Below are positions 28,042-41,439 of a DNA stretch of 64,000 bases, piece by piece. Under the pieces are notes generated by a model. That model saw only the letters and a program-made list of their open reading frames with translations. It did no database searches and was not told the origin of the DNA. Position numbers and translations under genes: made by a program. Every line of letters starts with the position of its first letter. Within the stretch, counting starts at the first letter, position 1. Origin of the DNA: Eledone cirrhosa (Eukaryota); contig OZ024741.1 in NCBI GenBank assembly GCA_964016885.1, forward strand, positions 70,432,001 through 70,496,000, written 5' to 3'.

Positions 28042-29811
28042 ATGGATGCCATTTCCACCTCGCACACTGTCGTGAGTGCCACGCCCACTAAGAAAAGTGG
28101 TGGAGGGAAGGTAGCAGTACAAAGCTTGCAGCCTTCCCCCCTCACATTATCGAAAAACGTTAAAAATATTGAAACCACGAAACCAAACCCGGTAAATAAT
28201 ACCAGCACCAACAACAAGAACAATGACAATAACACCACAACCAACAACTGCAACAATAGCAACACCAATATTACCAACAGTGACAGTAACAAAAAAGACA
28301 ACAACACCAAAACAACATTCGCACAGACCGTAAAAAAAACGAACTATACACGCCAATAGACATAACAAATGCTAAACAACTATTACAAGACGCAAAACAA
28401 TTCGTGACTTTTGGCGAAAACGGTGCTTTTAGCATCAATTCTCCACAGGAATTACGTAGAGAGGCTGTCCTGAAAACCACAGTTTTCAGGACAATATCGA
28501 ACGAAACAAGAAAACCAGCTCAATTATCACAAAATGAAATTGAGCTGGTTCTAAAAGATGCAATGAAGGACTTAACCTTCATACAAAAAGGTAAACTGTT
28601 TGGTAGCATTTCGGTGCTAATGAACAACCAGTCAACAGCTCAAAGTACTCGGTAGCACCCATTGTGTTCCCCCGCTTCACCTTTTACCCCACATACAGGG
28701 GAAAAAGGACACAAAGAATAAAAATAATGAGTATCACACCAAATGTAAATATTTGGTGGATACTATGTGGAATAATTAACTTTGACGAAGACAAGATAAT
28801 TTCAATAGGAAAGTCCTCCGGAGGTGTATTTGGTGGGACCACCGTAGAAGTTCTGGTGCAAATGAGCCCAGAACGAATAGCGAATATCCCACACCGCGTG
28901 CCTCTGGACGGGCTAACTTATATAAACATTTCAGTGGAGGGAAGGCGGCTGTCATGTTACCACTGCTTAAGTAGGGGTCACCTGAGGGCTGCCTGTCCTC
29001 AATTAACGAGTCAAAAAAAAAGGCTCTTCTGCCAACCCCGAACACAACAACACAAGCACCACCACCACCACCACAACAACAACACGGAAAAATAACAACA
29101 CAAAACACTGTTCCACCCAACCCCTCCCCACCTAAAACAAATACAAAAGCAACCACAACAAAACCCCAAAATATACCCCTCCCCAACAACACGGAAGAGG
29201 ACTCTGTATCAACGTCACCCAGTGACGACGAGAGAGAACCCTTTCAACAGGTGAAAAGGAAAAAAAAAAGGCACCACATTAACAAAAATGCCACAACCAC
29301 ACAACCACCAGCACAAACAGAACAAACATCACAAATAAAAAAACCCACCCCTCCCCAAAACATAACACGTACTACAAAACGCAAACACCCGCAAGAACAA
29401 CAAACAAAAACAAACACAACACAACAAAAACTCTATACATACATTAACAAGAACAATAAAACGTTGATGAAAGCGATAGAAAATAACCCTTCGGTGGAAA
29501 CCGAAGGGATCACTTTCACCCACGCAGCGAACAAACCACACCTAATGATGATTAGGGTCCCAACGGAAACCTATGTAACTTTGAAAAAGAACCATCCAAT
29601 GCATGTGGGGACCAACTGCACCAAACCACATAACAGCGTCCTATTGAGATGTTTCCCCACCCCCACACCAGACACCCACACCCCACCAAACACCCTAATC
29701 CCACCACACACTGATGTCCTCACCCCACCACAAACCACCACCCCACCAAACAACCCTTCCAACACCCCCATGGAAATTGTGCAGCCTGGTCCCCAGGAGA
29801 CGAAGAGGTAA
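28042..29811 (+). pseudogene. Tx1-type ORF1 (zinc knuckle), frameshifted
   Basis: Four consecutive ORF pieces; VEGRRLSCYHCLSRGHLRAAC (CX2CX4HX4C); low-complexity Thr/Pro/Asn regions. Confidence 0.75.
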
Positions 29812-29853
29812 GTAATTTCCTTTCCTCTTCCTTTTTACCTCTTCAGCACCAAC

Positions 29854-32800
29854 ATGGCCAATATAAGAGTTGAATGTGTGAATGCACGCGGCTTGGGGAT
29901 GTCCTGGAAACAGGGCAAACTCTTAAATGACCTCAGGTCGCACAGAGTGGATGTAATGGTTATTTGCGAGTCCAGGATCAGCAGCGAGCGCCAACTGGCC
30001 CCCATCTTCGACGACTTTGAGATCTACGCATCTCTCTGTCAGCCGAGGGGTGTGGGTGGGGTTGTCGTTCTGCTGCGAAAATACCTGGGTCTTTCCACAC
30101 AGAAGGTACACCTGGACCCGCAGGGTCGACTGGTGGTTTTAGACGTCGGCAGTGGTGAAGGTGGAGCTTTCAGGCTGGTGGCAGCGTATGCCCCATCGGG
30201 GACACCGCGACCGGACTTCTTCCGACGCCTGGAGAATTTCCTGGGAACGTCTCGCTCCTTGCTTTTAGTGGGGGACTGGAATGGTATCCTGGATGCACGT
30301 TGGGACTATGTAGGGGCATGTCCCGATAGAGGGGGGGGGGTGTAACAGCCTCAAACGATTAATCGGCCGATTTGATCTGGCCGATAGATATCGACTGGAT
30401 TTTCCGACTGTGCCACGGTGGACGTGGAGTAATCGCAGCGGAACATCCAGGTCGTACCTAGATAGGTTCCTAGTAAGCGGATTAGCACACTAGTTAAGCA
30501 GCGTTTTACGGGGGCAATTGTCAACAACAGGTGGTGGGGCTCTTTCAAGAGAGAAATTAGAATAGAATCGATAGGTTTTAGTCGGGAATTAGCATCAGAT
30601 AGGAATAGAACTGAAAGGGAATTAACAAATAGAGTAGAAGAGGCGATTAGGAGTGGCAACGAGGTCGGCGTGCTGGCATCAAGAACGGCCCAAGACCAGT
30701 TCTTTGATGTGAAGCACGAGGGCTGTGTTGTCAGAAGTAAAATACGTGCTCTGGCTAACGAGGGAGCCAAAGCTGTTAGCTGGGCCCGAGTGACAGAGGC
30801 AAAAAGTGGAAACAAGTCCACGATTCGGTCTTTGAAGGACCAGGATGGACGCGTGATCCTTGAACCTGAGCGGATGAGCGCGGCCTTTCAACGGCGCTTT
30901 GCACGACTGTTCGGGAGGGGCGGCGGGCCGGGTGGGGCCATGGATTTCGGTCCATACCTCGACGGTCTGGCGCGGCTCTCGGACGGGGAGGCGAAGTCCT
31001 GCGAGAGGTTGATTTCAGCCGCTGAAATAGGGGAAGCGCTGAGCCAATGCGGCAAACGCAAATCTCCGGGTCTCGATGGTCTACCATACGAACTTTATGT
31101 AGCGATGCCGGGCTTGTTCTCCGGTCTCCTCGAGGCGGTCTACTGCAACTGGCAACAGAACGGGAGAATTCCCAGTTCTGTGACCAAGGGCGTAGTCACG
31201 CTGGTGAGGAAGGACGAGAACAAGGGGGATGACATAGATAACTTCAGGCCCATAACTCTGCTAAACACAGAGTTAAAGATTTTGGCCAAGGTGTTAGCGA
31301 AGAGGTTGGCGCTTGTCGTCGGGAACCTGGTGGGAGAAGCGCAGACATGCGCAATCCCGTCCAGGTCCATACACGACAACCTCCACCTCATGCGATACAT
31401 CGTAGAGAGGGTAGGGAACGGACCCGGATTTGGTGGGGCCCTGATCAACTTGGATCAATCTAAAGCGTTCGATAGGGTTGACCATCGGTACCTGGATGCG
31501 GTGCTCGCGGCGGCAGGCTTCGGACCCGTTTTCAGGGGCCGGATTGCTGCAATGCACAGCAGCAACACCTGCTCGAGGGTCAAGGTGAACGGCTACCTCT
31601 CAGAGCCGTTCCAAATCACGCGATCCATTCGACAGGGATGCCCTCTCTCCTCCCTCCTGTATGTGCTGGCTCTCGAGCCACTACTGCGGAAGCTGGAGCT
31701 GTTGCAGAGCATCCCCTTGGAACCGGGATTGCGGAAAGCGGTGTCGGCCTACGCCGATGACGTGACAGTAATGGTGTCGTGCGCCTCGGAAATCGGGCAG
31801 ATCGGCACCTTACTGGAGGAATATGAAAGGTTCACAGGAGCCAAGCTGAACCGGGACAAGTCCGTCGGTTTGCAACTCGGGACGTGGAGGGGCAAAACGA
31901 TGCCCTCCGACGGCATCGTCGGACGCTGGACGGAGGGACCGGTGAAGCTGCTCGGGGTCTGGTTCGGACCGGACCTCCAGGTGGAGAAAAACTGGGACGA
32001 GGTAACGGGCAAGGTGTTTGCACTCGCCCAGAAGTGGGCCGAGTGCAAACTATCCCTGAAAGGTCGAGCAGAGGTGGCGAACGCTTATATAGCGTCCGTC
32101 ATCTACTACCGCTTGACCGTCGTGCCTTGCCCAGAGAAAACACTCGCCAAAATGGAGCGCGCGCTCTTCCGATTTCTTTGGAAGAAGCGTAGACACGCAT
32201 TAAGGCTACGGCACCTCCAGGTATTCCTCACCGGTCAGCCGGTGTGGGCCCTGTTTGTGAGGCAAGCCTTTCTGAGACTCGTCTCACTCACCGAGCTGCA
32301 ATCCTGGGTCAAGAAAAGACCGAGAAAAGTGGGCGACTGGCACATTGAATGTGCCCAGGCGCTCACGGCCCTCTGGCAAGCGGATCCGGCAATCAGTGGA
32401 GACTCAACCTCAACATTCTATAGAGGGTTGGTGTGCAGTAAGTGCGACGACGCTCTCGGAGAGGCTCTGGGCATGGAGGAAGACGAGCTGGCCAGTCTGT
32501 TCGGTAGGACGTTTGGCCCGGGACCGATGGACAACTTCCAAAAGTCCCTGGCTTGGCAATGTTACCGAGGAGCTCTACCCGTTCGGGACAAGCTCTACAG
32601 ACACGGGCGCCCGGGTAGGGACCCCTCGAAGAAGATCTGTCCAAGATGCGTGCGTGACGAGGAAACCGTCGCACACGCATTCGTACACTGCCCGGGCGTT
32701 GCTGACCTGTGGGGCTATGTAGAACGACTACTGTCGCGGGTAGGACCAATCCGGTTGACCACCGAGAACATTGTCACAATCAAACCGCCTCCCCCTTTCA

Positions 32801-33054
32801 AAAACGAAGGAGAGGCGGTTTTCCTATGTGTGATAGCCATGGCGAAAGAAGTTGTATGGTGGACAAGGTTGATAGGGCTGAGGTCAGACACCTTTCTGTC
32901 CGGCCAACAACTGGTCTTTTTTTTCAAGTACCGCTTTAGAAGAAGGATCAGAATGGAGAGAGAGGTGCTCTACCCCAGCAAGTTTTATGAAAGGTGGGTG
33001 AAAGTAGCGAGAATGGCCCGAGTGAATGGGCCTTCTCTCTATATCAGCCTGTAG
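29854..33054 (+). pseudogene. Tx1-type ORF2 (APE endonuclease, reverse transcriptase, C-terminal CCHC), disrupted
   Basis: NARGL, YAP, GDWN, SYLDRFLV; KSPGLDGLPYE, NFRPITLLN, DQSKAFDRV, RQGCPLS, YADD; CPRC..ETVAHAFVHC. Frameshift at the G-run near 30335, deletion near 30475 removing the APE SDH motif, and apparent loss of the GGLG segment after FLWKK. Confidence 0.9.
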
Positions 33055-33294
33055 GTGAGAGAGGAGAAGAATGAGAAGAGGAAGGAAGCACCCGCTCTTT
33101 GTGCTCCTGAAGAGGAGGGTTGTACATTTTTTCGGGGGTGTGTGCGACCCATGTCAACGCCCCTCCCTATTGAGGACATCGATTGTTAAATTTAATTTGT
33201 TATATGTTTTTTACACGTCTTTTTAAATGTATGTAAACTCCCCCCTTTGTATTTGTCCCAATCTTTGATGCCCTGGTGGCAAATAAATAGAAAT

Positions 33295-33590
33295 ATATAT
33301 TTAATATACAATACACTCTCCCAACGTTCCTCTCTATATTAATTACCACCAAACTCTTCCCCTCTCTATATTTAATATACAACACACTCTCCCAACGTTC
33401 CTCTCTATATTAATTACCACCAAACTCTTCCCCTCTCTATATTTAATATACAACACACTCTCCCAACGTTCCTCTCTATATTAATTACCACCAAACTCTT
33501 CCCCTCTCTATATTTAATATACAACACACTCTCCCAACGTTCCTCTCTATATTAATTACCACCAAACTCTTCCCCTCTCTATATATCTAT
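33295..33590. repeat. 71-bp tandem repeat, about 4 near-identical units
   Basis: ccaacg recurs at 33321, 33392, 33463, 33534. Confidence 0.95.
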
Positions 33591-33751
33591 CACCCCCATC
33601 TGTCTCTACAGAACATGTACATAAATTGTAGCGCATATACAAATAGATGTGTGTTTTGGTAGTTTAGTAGTATCAACCAGTGAAATTTACTACAGCTCTA
33701 CGCTTAAATTAACATATACATATTTACACACCCACACCATATATACACATT

Positions 33752-33857
33752 TGTCAGGTTTTGTTTTTCATCCTGAAGGGTGTCCGAAATCCTCCTCAAG
33801 CAAACTTGACAGGTTGTATTGTGTTACATGTTACCAGTTGTACTCAAGAGTGACCTG
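33752..33857 (-). mobile_element. Diverged 5' fragment of the RTE-derived (TATG)n family
   Basis: Minus strand ggtcactcttgagtacaactggtaacatgtaac...gaggaggatttcggacaccc. Confidence 0.6.
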
Positions 33858-34258
33858 GAGCAAGACACTTTATTTCACGTTGCTCCAGTTTACTCAGCTG
33901 TAGAAATAAGGTGCGACGTCACTGGTGCCAAGCTGTATCTGCCATAGCCTTTCCCTTAGACATCATCGGTGGCGTGGAGAGGGGAGACTGGTATGCAAGG
34001 CCGACTGCTGGTCTTCCTCAAATAACTTTGCCCAATTTTTTGCCTCGGAGGGAAAATTTCTAAGTGCAAATCACATGGTCATTCGTAACCGACGGGGTTC
34101 TTTGATGTATATATATATATATATATAGAATTGACTTCTACAGGACTAGAACTGTTTCATTCATATGGAATCATCAGGAATGTCCTGAAAACAACGATGC
34201 CAATACTCTACCAACGTACTGAGTACCCTTTTTAAGTGTAGTTACTCCCACAACTCGG

Positions 34259-34364
<106 letters not shown>

Positions 34365-34829
34365 TTAGAAATTATAAGCTTTCACCGTATTTTAGACTAA
34401 AGAAATTTCTAGCCTGATAGTGGGGTTTATAACCCTCGGAGAAATGGAAAAAGATGAGTGTTGCCGTACATGGGAGTAATTTCAAACTCGCGCACCGTTT
34501 CAAAAACATACTTACATGTGTACGTTTATAATTTGCTTGTATATCATTTACTTGCTAAGTTCATAGCTTCTAATTCGAATGGAAGGAGATGGGATGTGTA
34601 TTGGTGTAATGGTAGCACATTGGTCTGGATAACCAAAGATGTGGGTTCGACTCCCATGTACGGCAACACTCATCTTTTTCCATTTCTCCGAGGGTTATAA
34701 ACCCCACTATCAGGCTAGAAATTTCTTTAGTCTAAAATACGGTGAAAGCTTATAATTTCTAATTTCTAATTTCAAACTCGCGCACCGTTTCAAACACATA
34801 CTTACATGTTTACGTTTATAATTTGCTTG

Positions 34830-34870
<41 letters not shown>

Positions 34871-34988
34871 AGATTCCCGAGTTGTGGGAGTAACTACACT
34901 TAAAAAGGGTACTCAGTACATCGTTATTTTCAGGACATTCCTGATGATTCCATATGAATGAAACAGTTCTAGTCCTGTAGAAGTCAAT

Positions 34989-35025
<37 letters not shown>

Positions 35026-35134
35026 GCACCCCTCTTCCTCTCTATATATAATTATACACACACATATATATATATATATATATATGTAAACATGCATCCA
35101 TACATATAAACATACATTCATTCCTACGCACATC

Positions 35135-35667
35135 CATGATGCCCCTCGTTATCGAGTATGGCCATTGCACGATATACCATTAATAATAATTATTAATTAA
35201 TTCTATCGTGCAATCCCTGTGCGTGAAGATATTTTTTAAAGTGAGGAAAGACTGTGCACTAAGCCAATCCCACTCTCTGAGCGACAGTAGCTATAAGCCG
35301 AAAAGAAGACAAGATCAACATCATCGGTAACTACTGAGCCGCAGGTTTTATATCGGAGTTATCCCAGTTTCCTGAATTGCCTTCTCCTAGAAGAATGCCC
35401 TGACAGAGGCTAGGGGTCCTTCACTCCCAGTGGTTTAACATGTGTATATACATATTTATACACTTTTGGATGGCCGTTGACTCTTATGAGTTCTTCCGCC
35501 CATTGTGTCCTTTGTCAGGTTTTGTTTTTTGTCCTGCAGGGTGTCCAAAATCACCCTCCTCACCAAGTAAACTTGGTGGGGTTGCCGGTTTAGTCGCCGA
35601 CGACCCGACCATGTGACAGGTTGTACTGGGTTACGTGTTACCAGTAGCACTCAAGAATGACCCGACA
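35135..35667 (-). mobile_element. Non-autonomous RTE-derived element, subfamily C; 3' half also at 45745-46050 (+)
   Basis: Same ordered motifs as A and B; ends gtgcaatggcc(c)atactcgataacgaggggca. Confidence 0.72.
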
Positions 35668-35715
35668 TACATAGATACATACATATATACATATATACAT
35701 ACATACTTACATACA

Positions 35716-36268
35716 TGGTGGCTGCCAACTCCTTTTCGAGTACGGCCACTACTTTATATCCATGTAGGAGAACTCCTACCGATGCGCTGAACGAGTGTGA
35801 CTTTTTAGTCCAGCCAGCGACTTGAAAACTCTGGTACAAACACTACACTTGTGACAATTATTGACACATAGTGCTGGGCCCATGGTACCATGTGACGACA
35901 AGTGCAGAGAGATCTCCAGATATAAAGCAATGCCTGTGCCGTGAAGCTTTTATAGTGAGCAAAGGCACTGCACAAAGCCAGTCCTACTCTCTTAACTAAG
36001 ATGATATTTACCAAAAAGAAGAACAAGTCAACATCATTGGATACCATCAGGGTTGCAGGTGTTATATCAGAGTTTTCCTTCTCCTAGAATTCTGCCTTTA
36101 CAAAGGCTAAGGGGTCATCTCTCCCGGTGATTTTGGATGGCCATTGACTCTTAAGAGCTCCTTTGCCCTTTGACAGGTTTTGTTTTTAGTCCTGCAGGAT
36201 GTCCAAAGTCACCCTCCTCACCAAGAAACCTTGGTGGGGTTGCCAGTTTAGTCGCCAACGACCCGACC
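35716..36268 (-). mobile_element. Subfamily A copy in a tandem array
   Basis: Near-identical to 5616-6160; (TATG)n on both sides. Confidence 0.8.
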
Positions 36269-36314
36269 TATGTATGTACATACATACATACATAGATACA
36301 TACATATATACATA

Positions 36315-37729
36315 CATGGTGGCTGCCAACTCGTTTTCGAGTACGGCCACTACTTTATATCCATGTAGGAGAACCCCTACCGATGCGCTGAACGAGTGGG
36401 ACTTTTTAGTCCAGCCAGCGACTTGAAAACTCTGGTACAAACACTACACTTGTGACAATTATTGACACATAGTGCTGGGCCCATATATATATATATATAT
36501 ACATATATATGAAGCTTGCATGCTCCGCTGGATGTGTAATAGTAATATACGTGAACGGCAAAGCATAAACGAACTAAGGAAAAAATTAGAAATAAGAGGG
36601 AGCAGATGTTGTTTACTCGAGAGAAGGCTACGTTGGTATGGTCACGTGATGCGCATGAAGGACGATAGCTGTATAACAAAGTGCAGGGCAATAAAGATAG
36701 ACGGTAGCCACGGAGTAGGCAGACCCAGAAAAACCTGGGACGAGCTGATAAATTCCGACCTCACACACTTACACCTCACCAAGACAATGTCACTGGACTG
36801 GTACTCAGTAATAGAGAAGACCCGCCTTACCTAAATACAAAGTAAAACCTACTACAGTCAGTAGGCATCTCTAACAAAATACACCCCCGTCCCACCACCC
36901 CCACCCCATCCACACCGCCCTTTCAATGTAAAGTTATGTTGGTTCCACAACATCCAGGCCGAAACAAATGAGATCGTGTAGGTGTCACGTCAAAAAAACA
37001 CACAGTTCACGCTGTAATGTGGCCGTGTAGGCAACACGGTAAAAACCTCCCAGCCCCACACTGTAAATGTGGTTGGTGTTAGGAAGGGCATCCAGCTGTA
37101 GAAAACCCGCCAGATAGTCCTATGCGAGCAAGATAATCACTCTTGCCTCAAGTGGGAAAACCCCCGTCCAAACCCATGCAAGCGTGGAACACGGACGTTA
37201 AACGTTGATGATGATGATGATGATATATACACACAATATATATATATATATACACACATACAATATATATATATATACACACAATATATATATACAATTA
37301 TTGACACATAGTGCTGGGCCCATGGTACCATGTGACGGCAAGTGCAGAGAGATCTCCAGATACAAAGAAATGCCTGTGCCGTGAAGCTTTTATAGTGAGC
37401 AAAGGCACTGCACAAAGCCAGTCCCACTCTCTTAACCAAGATGATATTTACCAAAAAGAAGAACAAGTCAACATCATTGGATACCATCAGGGTTGCAGGT
37501 GTTATATCAGAGTTTTCCTTCTCCTAGAATTCTGCCTTGACAAAGGCTAAGGGGTCATCTCTCCCGGTGATTTTGGATGGCCATTGACTCTTAAGAGCTC
37601 CTTTGCCCTTTGACAGGTTTTGTTTTTAGTCCTGCAGGATGTCCAAAGTCACCCTCCTCACCAAGAAACCTTGGTGGGGTTGCCAGTTTAGTCGCCAACG
37701 ACCCGACCATGAGACAGGTTGTACTGGGA
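36315..37729 (-). mobile_element. Subfamily A copy split by an insertion at 36485-37293
   Basis: The two halves match 5616-6160; 30-bp duplication at the breakpoints. Confidence 0.78.
36510..37225 (+). mobile_element. RTE-group LINE 3' fragment with (GAT)n tail
   Basis: EACMLRWMCN...RRLRWYGHVMRM...GRPRKTWDE, then 3'UTR and gatgatgat. Confidence 0.8.
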
Positions 37730-37749
37730 TACATACATACATACATACA

Positions 37750-37783
<34 letters not shown>

Positions 37784-37814
37784 CATACATACATACATAC
37801 ATACATACATACAT

Positions 37815-39360
37815 ACATGATGATGGCTGCCCCCTCGTTATCGAGTATGGCCATTGCACGAGGAGAGAAAAAAAAAATTAATAAATAAAAAAAAATAAAA
37901 ATAAAAATATATATATATATATATACATACATACACACACATACATTAGTAACAATAATAATACTAATAATGATAATAACAACAATAATAATAACGACAA
38001 CAACAATAATAATATACATATACATATATATATACACATACACGCACACACATAAGCATATCTATACACACGCACACACGATAGCAACTAACAGCGCTGC
38101 GATTGAATGTGGCTTTTTAGCCCAGCCAATGATCTAAAATGTCTTGCACAGAGTCGGCAACCAAAACATTCACTGGGAATAGTCGGCTGTGGTTGGAGTT
38201 CGTGTACTTTTGCATGTCGCTTGAGCCCTCCTGCTGATTTACATTCTCTACCACATGTTCGGCAAGCATGATGAGTAGCATCTCCAACAGCAGCCTGGTA
38301 GTCAACCACTGGTCTTACTTTATGACTGCGAACATGACTTTCGAGTCCAGCTTTGCTTAGGCAGAGTCTCGCACAGACGCTGCATGTCAGCACCATAGCA
38401 GGACCCTCGCCGTCTGGAAGTGCAACAGCAATGCCCTTCCTCACATCCCGCTTTACTTTCTCGTATGCGATTCGAGATGCCTCAAAGGCAACTTTTCCCT
38501 CATATACAGTCTTTCTCCATTTATTACGATCAGCAGCAACATTTTCCCATGTATCAGCAGAGATGTTAGCGTCTTTCAGAGAGGCTTTCAAGGAATCCTT
38601 ATACCTCTTTTTTGGTTTATGTGGCGGTCGTTTTCCTTTAACCAACTCTGTTTTGGTATTCTAGAATCCTTCATCCTGGCAAGGTGACCACTCCAACGGA
38701 GTCGTTGCTTAAGCACAAGAGCTTCTATACTGTCACATATAGAGCTTTCCAAAATCTCGACATCACTGATGTGGTCCCTCCAGTGAACGCCATGGATCCG
38801 TCTGAGACACATCTGATGGAAACGCTCCAATTGCTTAAGGTGGTGTGGATATGTGACCCAGGTCTCGCAGGCATAAAGAAGACAAGAGAGCACACATGCC
38901 CTGTACACCTTTACCTTTGTCCTCCTGCATATGTCTCGCCGACCCCAGAGTCGCCTTTCTAGCTTTCCGAAAACATCACTTGCTTTCTTAATCCTAAGTG
39001 AGATTTCACTGTCAAGGTTGTTGTATCGATTGACAGTGCCCCCCAGGTAGACAAACTGATAAACCACTCCAAGTCGTTTGCCATACACATAGATGTTTGG
39101 TTCAGTGTACTGCTTACCAGGGGCAGGTTGGTACATGACGACGGTTTTCTTGAGACTGACAGTCAATCCTAGGGCAGTACAAGCGTCAGAAAATGCATTC
39201 AAAATGTGCTGCATATCATTCTCTGTGTGCGCTACAAGATCGCAATCATCTGCATACAAGAAGTCTCTTATGATTGATGTAAATACTTTTGTCTTCGCAG
39301 CAAAGCGCCTGATGTTAAATATGCTGCCTGAGGTTCGATATCGGATGTAAACACCATGAG
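37815..39360 (-). mobile_element. 5'-truncated RTE (BovB-like) LINE with three C-terminal C2H2 zinc fingers and (TATG)n tail
   Basis: LYADDC, GLTVSLKKT, LLYACETW, LRWSGHLARM; CSVC..H..H, CRTC..H..H, CRLC..H. The 3'UTR (interrupted by simple repeats) ends gtgcaatggccatactcgataacgagggggcagccatcatcatg(tatg)n. Confidence 0.88.
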
Positions 39361-40127
39361 ATGTCATCGCGGTACTATCTACCTATGAGGTATGATGTAG
39401 TGGCCAAAACACTGTACAATGCAGTTCGTAAAAAAGATAGCCCCGATAACAAACACATTAAAAGCTACAACAATGTGGAAGACATCCATGTACATAATAT
39501 GAAAGAGTACTGGTGGAATGTTCCAGTAAAAACCCCAATAAAATGCAGGCATAACAGACCAGATATTATGATATGGGACAGGGAGAAGAAAACATGCACA
39601 GTAGTGGAAATTAGCTGCCCAGCAGATGCCAATATAATATCAAAGAATAGTGAAAAGGAGAATATTTATGCAGAACTGATGAGAAATCTGCAGATACTCC
39701 ACCCTGATTACACCTTCAGATTTATGCCTGTGATTATTGGGGCACTGGGATATGTTAGTAACTGCCTCAATACAAATCTTGAGAAGCTAGGCTTCACAGG
39801 AACAGAAAGAACACAACTAGTTAGGAAATTACAAGTACAATCCATTAATGGAACAGTAAAAATATGTAAAACATTCCAAAAATTTTGCATCTAATAACTG
39901 CATATACACATGTACAGATACAAAGTATATACACATGCACACATACAACTCAAAACATACACATCCACACATACAATAACATCCATATCTACACATGCAT
40001 GCATGCAGACATACATACATATCTACCTAGTTGATGTGTAAATTCCAATGAGAGAGTCTTGTGTCTATGTTAGAAACCGACTCTCTCTCTATTGGTAAAA
40101 CTTTGTGAAATTATAAAACCAGAAGAA
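39361..40127 (+). mobile_element. R4/Dong-like non-LTR retrotransposon 3' fragment (restriction-like endonuclease)
   Basis: MSSRYYLPMRYD...HNRPDIMIWD...VVEISCP...EKENIY...PVIIGALG (PD-(D/E)xK type); 3'UTR ends gaagaa(cata)n. Confidence 0.82.
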
Positions 40128-40835
40128 CATACATACATACCTACATACACACATACATACATACGCAGATTCACACGTATACATAATTACTATGGACATA
40201 TTACATAAATGAACAATTGTTTCAGAGTAAAATAAATAGTAATTATAATAATTTGAAATGTAGAGGAAGTTATTTGACCTTAATTTGTCACTTTACAAAA
40301 TTAATAATTTTTGTCTGTACTTGTTGTGTCCATGTGCTATTAGCATATTATTATGTGTCTGTCTCTCTCATGCAGTCTCCCTCTCTGCATATATCTATCA
40401 ACGCATACAACTGTATATATATATTTCTTTTAGTCCATTGAGCGCTTACCGCATATCTCGAAGATTGAGTTTCGTTTCGTTTTTAGCCCCCGCCTAAATA
40501 CGATCTCGCTGAAATTATATTTGTATATATATATATATAAATCAACCAAAATAAACGGTACTGTCCAATCCGTATGACGAACTCAATGTAATCCAAATAT
40601 AGAAGATATCATGAAAAGAGAAAATACATTAAAAATTTAACGATAAAAATCATAGGAAAACACAGTCAAGATAAATTAATAAAAACAATGAAATAAAAAC
40701 AAAGAACAGGTTCCTTATATTTAAAAAAAAAAATCATCATTTTACGATCGTTTCTGGGATATATATGTATATGTTGGTATGTATATCATATTAAAGATCT
40801 ATGTAAAAAAATATTACAAATTATATATATATATA

Positions 40836-41000
40836 TGACGAAGGAAGTGTGATAAGAAACCAGGTGGACCATAACGCACCAAAGTACTCGATACCGGGTA
40901 GTAGAGTGGGTGATAGGAAAAGAGTCTGAACTAACGCCGTTAGTTCAGACCTAGCTGTTGAAAAGGCCGGAGCTCAGCCGTCGGGATCCTGACTCTTTCC
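40836..41000 (-). mobile_element. Solo fragment of the PLE terminus seen at 18975-19090
   Basis: Shared ccaggtggaccataacgcaccaaagtactc...gtagtagagtgggt; adjacent to (TA)n. Confidence 0.7.
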
Positions 41001-41002
41001 CC

Positions 41003-41057
<55 letters not shown>

Positions 41058-41439
41058 TGTGTGTATACAGGGCCACCAAGAGAAATTTTGCAAGGCGGTA
41101 CAAGACCATTTTGGGGCCCGAAGCAGGCAAATATTTTTTTGTATGTATGTATGTATATATATGACAGTCAATTTCCCCAACTTCAGTCAACACTAAACCA
41201 ATCCAATCTACGAACTCAAGCAAACCGCACTCACCAGACACACATTGCTCATGATATAAAGTAAAAACCAAACACATCCTTTAAATCAATGCACCAATCG
41301 TCCTAGGAAAACAACAACCAAGCAGCACCTATTATTGATAAAGGGGCGATGGACTGATAATAGATGCAGTTCTATTACTTACTTTCATAGCTCTCTCTCC
41401 CTTTCTCACTCTCTCTCTCTCTAAACGAAAAACTTAATT

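Larger units (their letters stand above)
27836..33295 (+). mobile_element. Near full-length Tx1/L1-clade LINE
   Basis: 5'UTR, ORF1 with CCHC knuckle, ORF2 APE-RT-zinc finger, aataaa at 33282-33287. Confidence 0.9.
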
